Positions 12,946-26,461 of a DNA stretch of 64,000 bases are shown here, piece after piece. The translations under genes and the position numbers were made by a program. This DNA comes from Eledone cirrhosa (taxonomy: Eukaryota), in contig OZ024742.1 in the NCBI GenBank assembly GCA_964016885.1, positions 302,808,001-302,872,000 of the forward strand. Reading direction: 5' to 3'. The notes beneath the pieces are model-generated. The model had not been told where the DNA came from and made no database searches. It worked only from the letters and a program-made list of their open reading frames with translations. Positions within the stretch are counted from its first letter, which is position 1. Every line of letters begins with the position of its first letter.

Positions 12946-13932
12946 CAGGTTTGCTCAGTTATTTGAGGAGACATCTTTTTACAGCACTAATGTTTTTCTA
13001 ACTTTTTCTGATTATCATTTCCTTTTAGTGATTTAAAGATTGTTAGCTTCCTGAAAGTGGTACGGTCGCGTTTTGTCCCGCTGACAGAGATTCTACAGCA
13101 GTAGCCAAACGTAAAACGCCTACGAAGTGAACAAATACCACCAGAACCCCCAAATTCGTACGAGAGGTACAGAAAAATTACCGATAAGAACCCTACAAAG
13201 TTAATTTGCGCAATTGCTAAGGAGCGCAATATTTCAAGACACACTATCAGGAATTGTGCATGAGGACCTTTGATACTAGTCATATGTGATATGGGGAGAT
13301 CAATCCATATTTACAAAGAGAAAAGATAACCTGGTCTATGCAAAGCACATGTTGAGGAAGTGGAAACATCAGGAGTCTGGGATGCTTTGGTTTCTCTCCG
13401 ATGAGAAAAAAATTGATCTTGATCAAAGAGTCAACCACCTGACTATAAAGTGTTGGAGAGCGTTATGAGGTATGGGATAGAGAGTGTAAGCAAATGAAAA
13501 CCGTAAAACTAGCAAAACTCTGCGCCGTCTAACACGGCCAGGACGACCCAAGAATGGATGAGTTAAATTCCTCACGATTATGGCAGCCAAGCGTATGACA
13601 TTCTAGCTCACCAAATCTGAATCTGTTGGACTATTACGTATGGGTGCAGCCGAAAAGGAAGTCAATCAATGCCACAATAACAATCTAATTTTCTGTCGTA
13701 CGCCATAACTAGCACATTGACAAAAATACATAAAGATTATCAATTCGGCTATGTTCACCTTTAAAACATTGTACTGAAGACAGTCATAGATGCTAACGAC
13801 GGATTCATTGTATGTATAAGGGAAGAAATATCTGAAGATTATTTATGCCAATTATCCCAAATGTAGGTCTTTTTTTCATGACGTATCTTTTAATAAATTC
13901 ATGCAAATGTCCTCAAAGAACTGATGAACCTG
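12946..13932 (+). mobile_element. Degenerate Tc1/mariner-superfamily (maT/DD37D-like) DNA transposon
   Basis: TA|caggtttgctcagttatttgagga ... tcctcaaagaactgatgaacctg|TA imperfect TIRs; transposase remnants LWFLSDEKKIDLDQRVN and SSPNLNLLDYYVW. Confidence 0.75.
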
Positions 13933-14503
13933 TATATATATATATATATATCTAGGGAGTGTAAACATGGACAATACATGTTTCCCTAAGCGCTTTGTGC
14001 GTCTAGGGATAAATATACTTTATTATTATTCTCCTCTTGGTTGAGAAAAAAATTTGGTCGTTCTGACTGCTGCTAGTTATAGTGGTAGTTGACTGACCTC
14101 CCTGCCTTTGCTTCTATCTTTACACACGGCACTTGAAGGAATTGCTCCCACATCATTTATTCTCATCTCGGGAACAATTTTGAATAGCGCCAGTTCATAA
14201 TTTGAACTCGGGAATTGTATATTCACCGAGTGAAAAGATCCTTCTGACGAGAGTTTATCTTTGCAATGGATGCCGTAAGAACTGTCCGTTTATTTTTGAG
14301 ACTCGAAACCGATTCGGTAAAGGTAAACATAGTGAGTAAAGTTAATTTTTAAAAATTTATTTTGAAACTTTTTCTTATTTGCTAAACCTTGATTATATAT
14401 GTTCTGGCTCGTTAATTTATTAACCTGCCATTGAACCACATTGGCATATGGTTGGACAATACATGTGTCCCTAAGTGCGTGTAGAGATATATATACTTTA
14501 TTA

Positions 14504-14577
<74 letters not shown>

Positions 14578-14620
14578 TAGATAGATATATATATACATAT
14601 ATATATATGTATATATATAC

Positions 14621-14672
<52 letters not shown>

Positions 14673-14688
14673 ATATATACATATATAC

Positions 14689-14719
<31 letters not shown>

Positions 14720-14747
14720 TATATACATATATACATATATACATGTA

Positions 14748-14829
<82 letters not shown>

Positions 14830-14837
14830 TACATATA

Positions 14838-14945
<108 letters not shown>

Positions 14946-16428
14946 TATCTATATCTATATATATATATATTTATTAAAATAACAGATTAAAGTTTAAGCA
15001 AAGAATCGCTGGTTTCAACCTTAACGGGATCTTCTGAAACTAACAAAGTCAATCTGTAAACGCAGAACTGAATATTTCAAAAAACGTTGCAACCGGAGGA
15101 AGGCAGGAAGACGATACTTTGGTTCGTGGAAACGTTCGCTGGCAAAGAACGGGAAAAAACGAATAATACGTCATTAAAACACCCACGTCCCGTAGGGCCT
15201 ACATAGAGTTAACCGCCAATAGTTTCAAGCAGCGACTTTACATGCATACCCATTATTTTCGTTACCCTCTAAGAAGGAATATGACGTCACTTTCAGCTTA
15301 TATCTGGAGTCTAAAAGACAACCACACCCAATATAAGTTACACTGGGAGATCCTAGCTAGGGCTAGATCGTATAACGGAAATAAAAGACCATGTGACCTC
15401 TGCGCCGCTGAGGCCCTGGAAATACTCTACGCCACAGACCACATCTTAAACAAAAAATCTGAGGCAATTTCGGCTTATAAACATAAATTGCACAAAACTT
15501 TCCTGTATTACAGCCCCACTTTATACCCTAACGGATAGTACGATCTATTCGTGGATATTTTACGTCTTGATGTGGGAGCTAAGTATATGTTTTGTTTATT
15601 CCTATACTTATTTGCATAGGTAAGTATGTATTACCCGTTTGTTTTGTGAAGGTACGTAAACCTTCTCGTACGTATATTTGATTGTTTTGGCGTATAATTT
15701 TATATATTCTGGTACATAGGGTTTGGCTATGTGTATACGGGAGTTTTGCGTCTGTGTGAGTATGCGGGTTCGTAGGTATGGTGGGTGTGTGTACCTCTTG
15801 TATTAGTTGACTTACGTCTCCGAACATTCGTAGGTATGTGTGTGCGCTTGTTATATACGTATTTATTTATTTATATACGTTTATATAATTATTTATTTAT
15901 TTGTATACACGCATACACACACACACATATTTATATGTGCGTGGTTTTGTATACCTATGGTAAGGTTTTGCGTATGCTTGTGTATGTACGTATTTGTTTG
16001 CGTGTATGTATTAATTTATTTCTATTACTTCTGTATTGTATTTATTTACTTGTTCTTAACTCTATAGCGGAGATTCACTTGGTCTCCTAGTTAGAATTTT
16101 AGTCTACGACTTCTGCTATACCATTTACGTGGTTTTGTCTTTGCGTGCTATTGTTCTCCACGCTCCACATATGACGTATTATCTTCGTTTTTTCGTTCAT
16201 TGCCAGAGAACGTCTCTATGCACCACCTAAGAGAACATTAGTCTACGAACTCTTTTATACCATAAACGTGGTTCTGTCTTTGCGCGTAATTGTTTTTCAC
16301 CGCTCCTATTAATGACGAATTATTCGTTTTTTCCCGTTCTTTGCCAGCGAACGTTTCCACGAACCAAATTATCGTCTTCCTGTCTTCCTGCGGTTGCAAC
16401 GTTTTTTGAAATATCCAGTTCTGCGTTT

Positions 16429-16504
16429 ACAGATTGACTTTGTTAGTTTCAGAAGATCCCGTTAAGGGTGAAAGCAGCGATTCTTTGCTTAAACTTTAAT
16501 CTGT
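16429..16504 (+). ncRNA. Variant hammerhead motif in PLE1 pLTR (copies at 19692-19767 + and 14982-15057 -)
   Basis: ACAGATTGA..AGTTT-CAGAAGA-TCCC gttaa GGGT-GAAA-GCA..TGC-TT^AAACT-TTAATCTGT; U4A core and CUU triplet. Confidence 0.55.
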
Positions 16505-16649
16505 TATTTTAATAAATATTTGCTCTACGGTTCTTATATATGTGATATATATTTATCCTTATCGAGCCCTCTTTGGATTTTAGTCTTCAAATTTATTATT
16601 ATTACTATTTGGCTCCCTCGGTTGAGCACTCTACTGACTTATATTCATC

Positions 16650-18781
16650 ATGCAGAAACAACATCTGAATATTTCTACAAAGAACATACCCGTAACAAGC
16701 AGGAAAACATACCTAAAACTCCTGATACAGAAAACAGATGCGTTCATTAAAAGGTTGCGTTGGCGTGTCTTTTATTTCGATAATCCGCGAAAAGCAGGCA
16801 ACAAACAGGATACATTTGTATTTAAAACCTATAATAACCCCCCGTGGAACCCAGCATTGCTACCCTTCGAAAATGATGTCTTGGAACTCATTCGGAGCAT
16901 CAAATTTCGGAATAGGAGCAATTCCATCCAGCAAGACCTGAAGAATAGAATTCGTTCTATTAAGGATTCTAACGCCGTGCACGTCCATTCCGACAAAACT
17001 GGCAACCTATATCAAGTGGAGCGCAGTACTTACCATTAACTACTACATAATGCTGTAACTAAGGATTACCGTAAAACTAATCGGTGCGTCATCAATGAAA
17101 TCAACGATGCTGGGTTTAAAATCACATCTGATCTCAACATCCTGGACCGGACGAACCTTTGGGCCCTATTTCTCCCCACTTTACCCTGAAGGATCACAAA
17201 TCCAATTTTCCGAACAACCCCTCTATTCGGCTTATTAACCCTACGAAGTCCGATTTAGGTAGACTTAGTAAAACGATTCTTGATAGAATTATACCTGAAA
17301 TTAGAAGTTTGGCCCCTCTTGCACTGTGGAACAATTCTTTCGCGGTGATTGATTGGTTCAACGGCATATGCAACAAGGAACATTGCCGTTTTATCCAATT
17401 CGACATCAACAATTACTACTCCTCCATCACTTTACCACTTCTCCTTAGAGCTATCAATTTCGCTAAAACACTCACAGTGGTTAAGGATTTCGAAGTCGAT
17501 GTCATCCTCAATGCCCGAAAGTCGGTGATTAATTTCGACGACTTTATTTGGATTAAAAAATCCAATAGTACCCCATTCGACGTGAGTATGGGCGCCAGTG
17601 ACTCTGCGGAGGTTACTGATCTTATTGGCCTTTTCCTTCTTTTCTCTATCAAGGACGAATTCCCCAACGCGGGCGGTGGTTTGCACCGTGACGATGGTCT
17701 TTTGACCATGACTAAGTGCGGACCTCGGGCTTGCGACAGGTTCAGAAAAGAACTCACAGCCTTCTTTAAAGGCTTCAACCCCTCTATACAGGTTGAGGCC
17801 AATCTCTCGGTCGTTAATTACCTTGACGTTACCCTCAATTTATTGAATGGGTTGTATTACCCGTATAGAAAGCCGAATGATACTCTTAATTACACAAGTA
17901 AGCACTCCAACCATCCTGCCAGCATAACCAAGAACCTAGTAAGAAACGTTTCGTTGAGGCTTTCCCGTCTTTCCACCAACGAGGGTATTTTCAACGACCA
18001 TTCCACTTATTACAATGAAGCTCTTGCTCGAAGTGGATTTGTCGATAAGGTAGCTTATACTGAGTACGAAAATAGGCCTAGAAGAAATAGATCCCGTCGC
18101 ATTTGTTGGTATAACCCACCATATAATATGGAGGTGGCCACACCATTAGCTAAGATCTTTCTTTCCCTTATTACGAAGCATTTTCCCCCTACACATAAAT
18201 ATAGTAAGATTTTTAATAGAAATACTATTAAAATTTCTTACTCTACGACTCCTAACCATGCACATAACATCACAGCTTCAAATTTAGCTAAACTACCTAG
18301 CCGTAGGAACACGTGCAACCCTGTAGTTAGTACTAACCGTAATTGTATGAATCGGGCTGATTGCCCCATATCCGGGAAATGCCTCTCTAGTAACATTTTC
18401 TACAAATGTAAGGTTGTAAGACCCACGTCCCGTAGGGACTACATAGGGTTAACCGCCAATAGTTTCAAGCAGCGACTTTACATGCATACCCATTCTTTTC
18501 GTTACCCTCTAAGAAGGAATATGACGTCACCTTCAGCTTATATCTGGAGTCTAAAAGACAACCACACCCAATATAAGTTACACTGGGACCTCCTAGCTAG
18601 GGCTAGATCGTATAAGGGAAATAAAAAAAGACCATGTGACCTCTGCGCCGCTGAGGCCCTGGAAATACTCTACGCCACAGACCACATCTTAAACAAAAAA
18701 TCTGAGGCAATTTCGGCTTGTAAACATAAATTGCACAAAACTTTCCTGTATTACAGCCCCACTTTAAACCCTAACGGATAG
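16650..18781 (+). pseudogene. Penelope-like RT + C-terminal GIY-YIG endonuclease (one stop, one frameshift)
   Basis: STKNIP, SDKTGN, TLKDHK..RLINPTKSD, QFDINNYY, MGASDSAE, LHRDDGL, YLDV, CPISGKC..IFYKC..YIGLT..FKQR..H, CDLC..EALEI..LNKK. TAA at 17037-39 and 1-nt frameshift near 17154. Confidence 0.92.
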
Positions 18782-19910
18782 TACGATCTATACGTGGATA
18801 TTTTACGTCTTGATGTGGGAGCTAAGTATATGTTTTGTTTATTCCTTTACTTATTTGCATAGGTAAGTATGTATTACCCGTTTGATTTGTGAAGGTACGT
18901 AAACCTTCTCGTACGTATATTTGATTGTTTTGGTGTATAATTTTATATATTCTGGTACATAGGGTTTGGCTATGTGTATACGGGAGTTTTGCGTCTGTGT
19001 GAGTATGCGGGTTCGTAGGTATGGTGGGTGTGTGTATACGTGTACTTGTTGTTTTAGTTGACTTACGTCTCCGAATATTCGTGTATTTATATGTAGGTAT
19101 GTGTCTGCGCTTGTTATATACGTATTTATTTATTTATATACGTTTATATAATTATTTATTTATTTGTATACACGCATACACACACACACATATTTATATG
19201 TGCGTGGTTTTGTATACCTATGGTAAGGTTTTGCGTATGCTTGTGTATGTACGTATTTGTTTGCGTGTATGTATTAATTTATTTCTATTACTTCTGTATT
19301 GTATTTATTTACTTGTTCTTAACTCTATAGCGGAGATTCACCTGGTCTCCTAGTTAGAATTTTAGTCTACGACTTCTGCTATACCATTTACGTGGTTTTG
19401 TCTTTGCGTGCTATTGTTCTCCACGCTCCACATATGACGTATTATCTTCGTTTTTTCGTTCATTGCCAGAGAACGCCTCTATGCACCACCTAAGAGAACA
19501 TTAGTCTACGAACTCTTTTATACCATAAACGTGGTTCTGTCTTTGCGCGTAATTGTTTTTCATCGCTCCTATTAATGACGAATTATTCGTTTTTTCCCGT
19601 TCTTTGCCAGCGAACGTTTCCACGAACCAAATTATCGTCTTCCTGTCTTCCTGCGGCTGCAACGTTTTTTGAAATATCCAGTTCTGCGTTTACAGATTGA
19701 CTTTGTTAGTTTCAGAAGATCCCGTTAAGGGTGAAAGCAGCGATTCTTTGCTTAAACTTTAATCTGTTATTTTAATAAATATTTGCTCTACGGTTCTTAT
19801 ATATGGTGTGATATATATTTATCCTTATCGAGCCCTCTTTGGATTTTAGTCTTCAAATTTATTATTATTACTATATATATATATATATATATAGATATAT
19901 ACATATATAC

Positions 19911-19957
<47 letters not shown>

Positions 19958-19993
19958 TAGATAGATATATACATATATACATATATATATATG

Positions 19994-20075
<82 letters not shown>

Positions 20076-20149
20076 TAGATAGATAGATATATACATATAT
20101 ACATATATATATATGTATATAAAAACCACAGACCCTCCATCTCAACTCA

Positions 20150-20187
20150 CCTTTTGAAAAGCAGAAGAACTGCGAAACCAGTAAAGG
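20150..20187 (+). ncRNA. Minimal type I hammerhead, U3-A8 variant core
   Basis: CCTT-TTGAAAA-GCAG aagaa CTGC-GAAA-CCAG-TA^AAGG; perfect stems I and II; inside a TA-flanked fragment 20121-20325. Confidence 0.75.
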
Positions 20188-20320
20188 AACCAAATAAATA
20201 GATATATTTAAAAAAAAAATAAGACTTCAGTTGCATTTTCGATTTCATCCCTTTTTCTTTATACTTCCACTCGTGTAGGACACCTCGGTTATTTTTCATT
20301 TTGTAAAAAAAAAACCTCAC

Positions 20321-20351
<31 letters not shown>

Positions 20352-20364
20352 GATAGATAGATAT

Positions 20365-20433
<69 letters not shown>

Positions 20434-20444
20434 TAGATATATAC

Positions 20445-20529
<85 letters not shown>

Positions 20530-20581
20530 TACATATATATATATGTTTATATATATATATATATATACATATATACATCTA

Positions 20582-20641
<60 letters not shown>

Positions 20642-20693
20642 TATACATATATATATGTATATATATATATATAGATATATACATATATATATG

Positions 20694-20767
<74 letters not shown>

Positions 20768-20780
20768 TACATATATATGT

Positions 20781-20823
<43 letters not shown>

Positions 20824-20842
20824 TATTATATATATATATACG

Positions 20843-20891
<49 letters not shown>

Positions 20892-21029
20892 TAAAACAAT
20901 GAAATGAAAAATCAAGTAATTAGAAATATACTTCACCGCTTTACGATCGTTTCTAGATGATGATAATACATATGGATTACATTGTATTCTTCATGCAGAC
21001 TAGACCCCACAACTTACCGTGGATATCTC

Positions 21030-21069
<40 letters not shown>

Positions 21070-21082
21070 CATATATATATAC

Positions 21083-21118
<36 letters not shown>

Positions 21119-21120
<2 letters not shown>

Positions 21121-21335
21121 TGAAGGCGTGTTGCTGAGTGGTTAGAGAATTGGATTCACAATCTTGAGGTTGTGAGTTCGATTCCTGGACTGGGCGATGC
21201 GTTATGCCCTTGAGCAAGACACTTTATTTCACATTGCTTCTTCTACCTGGAGTTGCGACCGATAGATAGTACTAGCAACTGGAAAGACCAACGGAAATAT
21301 TGTTTCCTCGGTCCAATTTGACGAAAGTCGATGGA
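21119..21335 (+). mobile_element. tRNA-derived SINE
   Basis: A-box (ctgagtggttag), B-box gagttcgattcc, then cccttgagcaagacactttatttcac; related copy at ~45570-45790(-); related body fragments at 38860-39090 and 56320-56515. Confidence 0.75.
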
Positions 21336-21384
21336 TAAAAAAACAAAAAAACAAAAAAAAACATATGTATGTATATATATATAC

Positions 21385-21427
<43 letters not shown>

Positions 21428-21452
21428 CATATGTATATATATATATATATAA

Positions 21453-21489
<37 letters not shown>

Positions 21490-21520
21490 TATGTATATAT
21501 ATATAAATACATATACATAC

Positions 21521-21578
<58 letters not shown>

Positions 21579-21616
21579 ATGTACATATGTATATATATAT
21601 ACATACATATACATAC

Positions 21617-21695
<79 letters not shown>

Positions 21696-21738
21696 TATGT
21701 ATATATATATACATACATATATATATATATATACATAC

Positions 21739-21777
<39 letters not shown>

Positions 21778-21794
21778 TATATATATATACATAT

Positions 21795-22404
21795 ATGGTG
21801 GCTGCCAACTCGTTTTCGAGTACGGCCACTACTTTATATCCATGTAGGAGAACCCCTACTGATGCGCTGAACGAGTGTGACTTTTTAGTCCAGCCAGCGA
21901 CTTGAAAACTCTGGTACAAAGACTACACTTGTGACAATTATTGACACATAGTGTTGGGCCCATGGTACCATGTGACGACAAGTGCAGAGAGATCTCCAGA
22001 TATAAAGCAATGCCTGTGCCGTGAAGCTTTTATAGTGAGCAAAGGCACTGCACAAAGCCAGTCCCACTCTCTTAACCAAGATGATATTTACCAAAAAGAA
22101 GAACAAGTCAACATCATTGGATACCATCAGGGTTGCAGGTGTTATATCAGAGTTTTCCTTCTCCTAGAATTCTGCCTTGACAAAGGCTAAGGGGTCATCT
22201 CTCCCGGTGATTTTGGATGGCCATTGACTCTTAAGAGCTCCTTTGCCCTTTGACAGGTTTTGTTTTTAGTCCTGCAGGATGTCCAAAGTCATCCTCCTCA
22301 CCAAGAAACCTTGGTGGGGTTGCCAGTTTAGTCGCCAACGACCCGACCATGAGACAGGTTGTACTGGGATACATGTTACCAGTAGCACCAACTGGTAACC
22401 TGAC
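21795..22404 (-). mobile_element. RTE-derived non-autonomous element, family A, full length
   Basis: Reverse complement of 2757-3299 with the complete 5' end GTCAGGTT; embedded in a TA/TACA microsatellite. Confidence 0.85.
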
Positions 22405-22480
22405 ATATACATATATACATATATACATATATATATACATACATATACATATATACATATACACATATATATATACATAC

Positions 22481-22516
<36 letters not shown>

Positions 22517-22549
22517 GTATATTTATATATACATATATACATACACATG

Positions 22550-22639
<90 letters not shown>

Positions 22640-22823
22640 GATAAATCTACCAAAATATACGGTAGTGTCCAATCCGTATGAAGAACTCAATGTAATCCAA
22701 ATATCTTGAAAAGAGAAGATGCATTGAAAAACTTTCGATGAAAATCATAGGAAAACAGAGTCAAGATAAATTAATAAAATCAATGAAATAAAAACAAAGA
22801 ACAAGTTCCTTATATTAAAAAAT

Positions 22824-22959
22824 TCATCATTTTACGATCGTTTCTAGGATATATATGTGCGTCGGTATTTATATCAAATAGATCTATGTAAAAATATTAC
22901 AAATTATCAGAGGAAATATACACACCTTCACATATAGATGCTGTCTTCAGAAATGATGA
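22824..22959 (-). ncRNA. Type I hammerhead in PLE2 3' pLTR
   Basis: TCATCATTT-CTGAAGA-[long imperfect stem II]-GAAA-CGATCG-TA^AAATGATGA; perfect 9-bp stem I, palindromic stem III. Confidence 0.85.
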
Positions 22960-23661
22960 CATTTATTTATTGAAAAAACCAAACAAAAAGATTTAATATA
23001 AAAGGTCTGTTTGGGAACGGGTTTTGAATTGACCAATAGAGAAGTAGTTAGAGGTCAAGTTGATAGAATAGTGGTAGTAGAAATTTAATTTAGGGGTAGA
23101 GGAGTGCAGACGTATGTTTTGAATGAAAAGAATGCTTTGAATGAAAAGAATACTTTGGGGATGAAAAGAGGTCAAGCCAGTGAAGGGTACACGAAAATTT
23201 GATGTTATTAAAGAAGGATGTTAAAAACGAAGGAAAATAAAATTTTAGGGTAAGGGTATTTGTGAGAAATACCAATCTTATTTAAACCACAAGGAATCTA
23301 GATCTATAACAAGATATTAAATTAATTGATAGGTATACTTATAAGGATAAATTTATATTAATTCATATGAATGTGATAAATAAGAATTAGATGTTATTAA
23401 AGAGTGTTGTTAAAAAACGAAGGAAAGTAAAATTTTGGGATAAGTGAGAAATACGAATCTTATATAAACTATAAGGAATCTAGATTCATAACAAGAAATT
23501 AAATTAATATATAGGTATAGTTTTAGGTATTAATTTTAGGAAAAGAGCTGTAAGAGGGAAATAAAATTATGAAGTTCTCTGTAGTAAAGTACTAATTATA
23601 GGTTAACTAAATTAAAAAAACTAATTATAATAATATGTAAAATATAAGTGTAAGGTGTATA

Positions 23662-25412
23662 TTAATTAGGTTTATAATATTTGAAGGTTCTTCTAATTCT
23701 ATGATTGCAAGATATAATTAATTCCTGTCCCTTATTTCATGATTTCAAAAAGTTCCTGGGAGCATAACCTACACTCGTATCTGTTATTTTGATAAGGGGT
23801 GGGCCTTTTGAGAACACGCCAGGTCAGGTTGTAATCGATATTCTTCTTTCTATAATTATTAATTGTTTCAGCCAAGGATGTTGTATTAGCTAATGCGGCA
23901 TTTTTAAAACTATGTTTGTGGGTATTAAATCTTACTTTAAATTGGTTAGAGGTAGCTCCTATAAATGAATAAGTGGAGTCCTTAGTGCTAGTTTTACAAT
24001 TATAGACTATGTTATTAATAAGACAATTTCCCTTTAATGGGCAATTTCTTTTGATTCCACAGTTACAACCATTCGTGAATATTATATCAGGGGAGTTAGT
24101 CAAATTTGGTGTGGAATTTACTCGACTTGTTATAGGTGAAGGAGATGGTGGTTTATTGCGGTTTATTTTAGTATTATCGTTGGTTTGATGTGTTGGTGGT
24201 ATATTTGTGTTTTTCTTTTACATTTATATGCGTTGTACGCACTTATATTTTGTTGTATATTTTTGGTAGTGGAGTAGGAACATTTGACACTTGATCTATT
24301 TAAAATTTGATGGTATTTATGGTTTGGCGGGAAGTTTTTCTCTAGGATAGTAAAAAATGTTTAGGGATATTAGCTTTAATTTGTAGATTAAATAGAGCAT
24401 TATACCAAGTAACTCATCTATTTCAGTTTCGATATTGTTTTTTATATTTATACGATGTATCAGGATGTTTACTAAGAGAGTTACCATTAGTGAATTTATT
24501 ATATATAGGTTTAGTTAGATTAACTGATTTAGGTGTTTTAGTCTGATTACTAGGAATTTTGTTAGTAATGTTGTTAACATATATTGGAGTATTAGGATGA
24601 ATGGTTTTCTGAAAGTCATTATATTTTATGTGAGAAGAGGTAGAGAAATTAAATTTTAGGTCGGTAGTTTTGGGTGTAGTATGAGTGGCATTTAGGTGTG
24701 GGTTTTTCATTTAGTGTTTGTTGGTAATATTGGGTTGTATGTTTGAAGTATTATTGGTGCAAGGTATATAGACTAATTTGTTTTTATGGCCGCTTCTAGC
24801 TAAAGCTTCGTTATAAAAGGGCGCGAATACATTCTGGTGAGATGAAAGGTTAGAGATTCTGGGTGAGATATTATATGCTAGGTTTTTAAGGATAGATCTA
24901 GGGTGATTGGATTGTGAGTGTATGTAATATAAGTTTTGGTTAGGTTTATGGTAAGGTTGGTAGATACCCGTAGATAGGTCTAAAGATATATCTAGGAAAT
25001 TGACTACTTTACTGGTGTTTTCAAATGTAGATACCCGTAGATAGGTCTAAAGTTATATCTAGGAAATTGACTATTTTACTGGTGTTTTCAAATGTAATAG
25101 TGAGATTGTAATAGTCTTTGAGGAAAGTTCTAATAAGTTTTTTATTTTTTTCAATTTCTGATAGGCTAAGATTAGTGGAAAGAAGAAGAGTCATCACGAT
25201 ATAAACCACCCTTAAGGTGGGGAAAAGATGAATTAATGTTAAATAGAAGATAGAGGCCCACAAGATCGATAATTTGGGCTGAATCACTAGAGCCCATAGT
25301 AATGGCGAAGAGATTACTATATGTATTTCTGGTCCAGTATTCCTTCTGAAATTCCAGTAGTGTTTGTCTAGCGTGCGTGATAATATTAATGTCATCCATA
25401 GTTAAGTTTGAT
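23662..25412 (-). pseudogene. Penelope-like RT/GIY-YIG pseudogene
   Basis: [69 protein letters not shown]; multiple frameshifts; ~67-bp internal tandem duplication near 24960-25095. Confidence 0.88.
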
Positions 25413-25416
25413 CTAT

Positions 25417-25465
<49 letters not shown>

Positions 25466-25487
25466 TATACATATATATATATATACA

Positions 25488-25525
<38 letters not shown>

Positions 25526-25708
25526 CATATATATACATAGGTATATATATATATACATATATATATATACATATATATATATACATACATATGTACATAT
25601 ATATACATATATATACATATGTATATATATATACATATATATATATATACATATGTATATATACATATATACATACATATATATATATAAACATATATAT
25701 ATATATAC

Positions 25709-25759
<51 letters not shown>

Positions 25760-25816
25760 CATATATATATATACATATATACATACATATATATATATAA
25801 ACATATATATATATAC

Positions 25817-25911
<95 letters not shown>

Positions 25912-25940
25912 AATATATATATATACATACATACATATAA

Positions 25941-25985
<45 letters not shown>

Positions 25986-26035
25986 TATATACATACATAC
26001 ATATGTATATATACATATATAATATATATATATAC

Positions 26036-26092
<57 letters not shown>

Positions 26093-26148
26093 CATATATA
26101 TATACACACATATACATATATATATACACACATATATATATACACACA

Positions 26149-26240
<92 letters not shown>

Positions 26241-26416
26241 CATATGTGTGTATATATATGTATATATATAAGGATTAGAATACTGGAGCGTGTTTGAGTC
26301 AAACACCCTCTTCGTATTATAGAAATGACAGTAAAAGGTATAGCTCAATGCAGTTAAACAGAGCCGAAAAATTAAGAGAGTAAAACAAAGAATCCTTTAA
26401 TACATCAAAAGTTTTT

Positions 26417-26461
26417 ATTAGCCGACAATGTTTCGTCCTATTAAGGACTCATCAGGGCAAT
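26417..26461 (-). ncRNA. Canonical minimal type I hammerhead
   Basis: TTGCC-CTGATGA-GTCC ttaata GGAC-GAAA-CATTG-TC^GGC; lies in an AT-rich pLTR-like block ~26271-27500. Confidence 0.88.

Larger units (their letters stand above)
14966..19873 (+). mobile_element. Penelope-like element PLE1: inverted pLTR piece + 5' pLTR + ORF + 3' pLTR
   Basis: 14966-15177 is the reverse complement of the pLTR tail. 15181-16607 directly repeats 18421-19873, including the ORF 3' end. Both flanks are (TA)n. Confidence 0.93.
22638..25412 (-). mobile_element. Penelope-like element PLE2, 5'-truncated and decayed
   Basis: RT/GIY-YIG remnants followed by an AT-rich 3' pLTR carrying a hammerhead; TA-microsatellite flanks. 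Confidence 0.85.

Noticed and set aside
21119-21195. tRNA gene (also 8930-8990 and 45715-45790)
   Set aside because: A/B boxes are present but there is no closed acceptor stem or terminator; continues into a SINE body.
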